Under the pieces are notes generated by a model. That model searched no databases. It was not told where the DNA came from and worked only from the letters and a program-made list of their open reading frames with translations. From the NCBI GenBank assembly GCA_951406725.2, contig OX597817.1, forward strand, positions 175,212,001 to 175,276,000: DNA of 64,000 nucleotides. The letters are read 5' to 3'. This document shows, piece by piece, positions 61,298 through 64,000 of the stretch. The translations under genes were made by a program, and so were the position numbers. This DNA comes from Octopus vulgaris (lineage: Eukaryota). Within the stretch, counting starts at the first letter, position 1; every line of letters starts with the position of its first letter.

Positions 61298-61529
61298 GGC
61301 GGCGAGCTGGCAGACACGTTAGCACGCCGGGCGAAATGCTTAGCAGTATTTCGTCTGCCGTTACGCTCTGAGTTCAAATTCCGCCGAGGTCGACTTTGCC
61401 TTTCATCCTTTCGGGGTCGATTAAATAAGTACCAGTTACGCACTGAGGTCGATCTAATCGACTTAATCCCTTTGTCTGTCCTTGTTTGTCCCCTCTATGT
61501 TTAGCCCCTTGTGGGCAACAAAGAAATAT
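61298..61529 (+). mobile_element. Young SINE family A copy
   Basis: Full length, TSD ATTAGAGAA (61289-61297, 61530-61538). Confidence 0.92.
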
Positions 61530-62240
61530 ATTAGAGAATATTCATTGAGTCGCTGTAGTACTTTGGCCATCTGCGGTGGACTCTCCTGTCGTAAAAATGA
61601 CAGATGAGAGTTCCGCAACTTCTTGCTGCACAATCTGCACAAATGATTTGTTGATAGTGATCGAATGCTTGTGCCGCGCAATGCTCACTCCCTCCCTCAA
61701 ATTGGCTTTGCCTGTATGGGTTCACTGTGTTTTCCAAACGTCAAATGTCGCAGTGATCGCAGAGCAACGTGAAATGAAGCCTTTCGTTCAAGAATACAAT
61801 GCACCCACCTGTTCCGGGAATCGAAACTCAAATCTTTCGATTGTGAGTGTAACATCCAATTCACTCGGCCATGTGCTGTCTCGCTTTGAATACGAATAAG
61901 TGCAATAATTCTGTCTTGAATAAATGATCCAGTTTTTACTAATTTGTTTTAACTCTAGCAAAATTACAAAGATAACATTTTCTTAATTATTGTTTGCTTT
62001 TATCTGGGAGACGTCTGTGAACAATTTATTCACAAAACTATTCTATTTAATCCTGTTTTCCTACGCCAACTAATTAACAATTTTGTAAATTTCCTTAAAG
62101 GCTTCTTTCTCATTATTTCATCAAACATAGGAACGACTGCTACTCTTATGTTGTTATGAAAACTTCAAAACAAATCTGGAATTTTCTCCAGAGAAAATGA
62201 AATTTAATATCAATTATTGCCTAATTTTATAATATTAACA

Positions 62241-62815
62241 TTAGGCTGGACCAAAAGTTCGTACCATTTCTGATGTAAAATTCAGTAACCATATTTAGAT
62301 ATTTGTATATACCTTTATTCAACCACATATGTCTTATTTTGTTCCATTACCGTTTGCCATCCTTGAGGCAGCTTCATGACCCCATCCTCTCAGAACTTGA
62401 CATCTTTCTGGGTCATGAACTGGTCTAAGTGATTTTTATAATCTTCCAAAGAATTGAAGTCCTTCTCTTTAAGAGAAATTTTTCAGGGATCAAAATGAAC
62501 AGTAATCCAAAGGTGCAAGGCCGGATGAGTACAATGGGGATGGTAGGACATCCCAGTCAAGCGGTTCTAGTTTCTACTGGATCGGTAAGGTAACATGAAA
62601 TATAGCGTTGTCCTGAGGGTAGATGACACTCTTCTAATTGGTCATTTCGGAATGTTTTCATTGATTGCCCCCCTTTAATCAGTCTAATAATGAATAATAA
62701 TTGTCTGAGTACGATTGATTTTACTGAAGGAACTCGTAATAAGCAGTGCCCTTCCAGTCCCACCAGATAGAGAGCATCACCTTCTTCTGATATTGACCGG
62801 CTTTTGGTAAGAATA
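62241..62815 (-). mobile_element. Mariner transposon remnant
   Basis: TIR-like TTAGGCTGGACCAAAAGTTCG. Minus-strand peptides KVMLSIWWDWKG and WDVL...YSSGLAPLDY...KLPQGWQTVMEQN (mariner YSPDLAPSDY region). Confidence 0.85.
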
Positions 62816-62824
62816 CCATCGCTG

Positions 62825-64000
62825 GGATTTCCTTATTGCAAGCCAAAATGCGGAGCTACACAAGAAGCACCTACTAACTCTTTTTGATAGACTGGAACAG
62901 TATGGTCAAGTAATTAACCCAACCAAGTGTGTTCTTGTGGTTACAGAGATCGACTTCTTGGGGCATCGAATCACAGGTGCTGGTACTCCACCCTGCCAGA
63001 AAAAGCGAAAGTTATCTTTTCCAAGCTTCACCACAAGCAAGGCTCTACACCGATTTCTGGTCATAGTAAACTTTTACTGATTCTTTATTACCCACAAGGG
63101 GCTAAACACAGAGGGGACAAACAAGGACAGACATAGGTATTAAGTCGATTACATCGACCCCAGTGCGGAACTGGTACTTAATTTATCGACCCCGAAAGGA
63201 TGAAAGGCAAAGTCGACCTCGGCGGAATTTGAACTCAAAACGTAACGACAGACGAAATACCGCTAAGCATTTCATCCGGCGTGCTAACGTTTCTGCCAGC
63301 TCGCCGTCTTTGGTCATAGTAAACTTTTACCATCGCTTTATCCCTTCTGTAGCAAGAGTGATGAGACTCCTATACCAAGCACTACCAAAAGTTGGTTCAA
63401 AAAGACAGGTGGAGTGGGATGGTGCAATGACCTCAGCCTTTAAACCCACAAAACAAGCTCGCGCTAAAGCAGCCATGCTGTCCCATCCTCATATGTCGAC
63501 TCGGACTGCACTCACAGTCGATGTCTCCTACACAACCATTGGAGGTGTTTTGGAACAACGCTTCAACGGTCAATGTCGACCACTTGCCTTCTTCATTCGA
63601 CGACAACAACATCCTTAGCAGAAATACAGTGCTTTTGACAGGAAACTGGTAACTGTAAATCTAGGTGTCCACCGCTTTCGCTATTTTCTTGAAGGCTGCA
63701 CGTTTACAGTGTTTACAGACCACAAACCCCTCACATTTGCTATGAGCAAGCTCTCAGAGCCTTGGTCTGCACGCCAGCAACGACTGCTATCGGCCATTTC
63801 TGAGTACACCACGGACATCCAACACATAACTGGAAAAGGGAACCTAGTCGCCGACGCACTCCCTCGTGCCGCTGCCTGCTCTCACTCCTACCTAGCCCTA
63901 ATAACTGAAGGCCTGGATTATGAGGCTATGGCTGCACCCAACAGACAGATGTCGAGAACAGGTCCTACCACACTGCCATCACATCACATTCCTTGCAGGA
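62825..64000 (+). mobile_element. Ty3/Gypsy LTR retrotransposon pol remnant (RT end and RNase H), runs off the window
   Basis: DFLIAS...HKKHL..LFDRL...INPTKC, DFLGH, VNFYHRFIP, LTVDVS..IGGVLEQ...RPLAFF, YSAFDR, FTVFTDHKPL, GKGNLVADAL. Contains frameshifts and stops. Confidence 0.92.
63078..63310 (-). mobile_element. SINE family A inserted into Gypsy pol
   Basis: Perfect 20-bp TSD TGGTCATAGTAAACTTTTAC (63058-63077, 63311-63330). Confidence 0.95.

Overview
This is AT-rich, microsatellite-dense animal genomic DNA. The SINE/LINE repertoire suggests an octopus (coleoid cephalopod); that is inferred from recognised repeat families, not from a search. Almost all ORFs in the supplied track are microsatellite artefacts. 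The left third probably holds the 3' end of a host gene on +: a 28-nt micro-exon (3133-3160), a terminal exon starting at 12418 with an immediate stop, and a SINE-free 3' UTR of up to ~7.4 kb. The rest is decayed transposons: three tRNA-derived SINE families, RTE and CR1-like LINEs, a Penelope GIY-YIG element, Helitrons (one head-to-tail dimer, one with a PIF1 helicase fragment), Merlin, hAT, Tc1/mariner and piggyBac-like elements, a solo LTR and a Gypsy pol remnant. The most striking signal is about ten type I, mostly minimal, hammerhead ribozyme folds between 32.5 and 61 kb. Their stems are unrelated in sequence, some carry U3:A8 core covariation, and several sit in short cassettes embedded in (TA)n microsatellites. 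Boundaries of degenerate elements are approximate, and all folds were read by eye.
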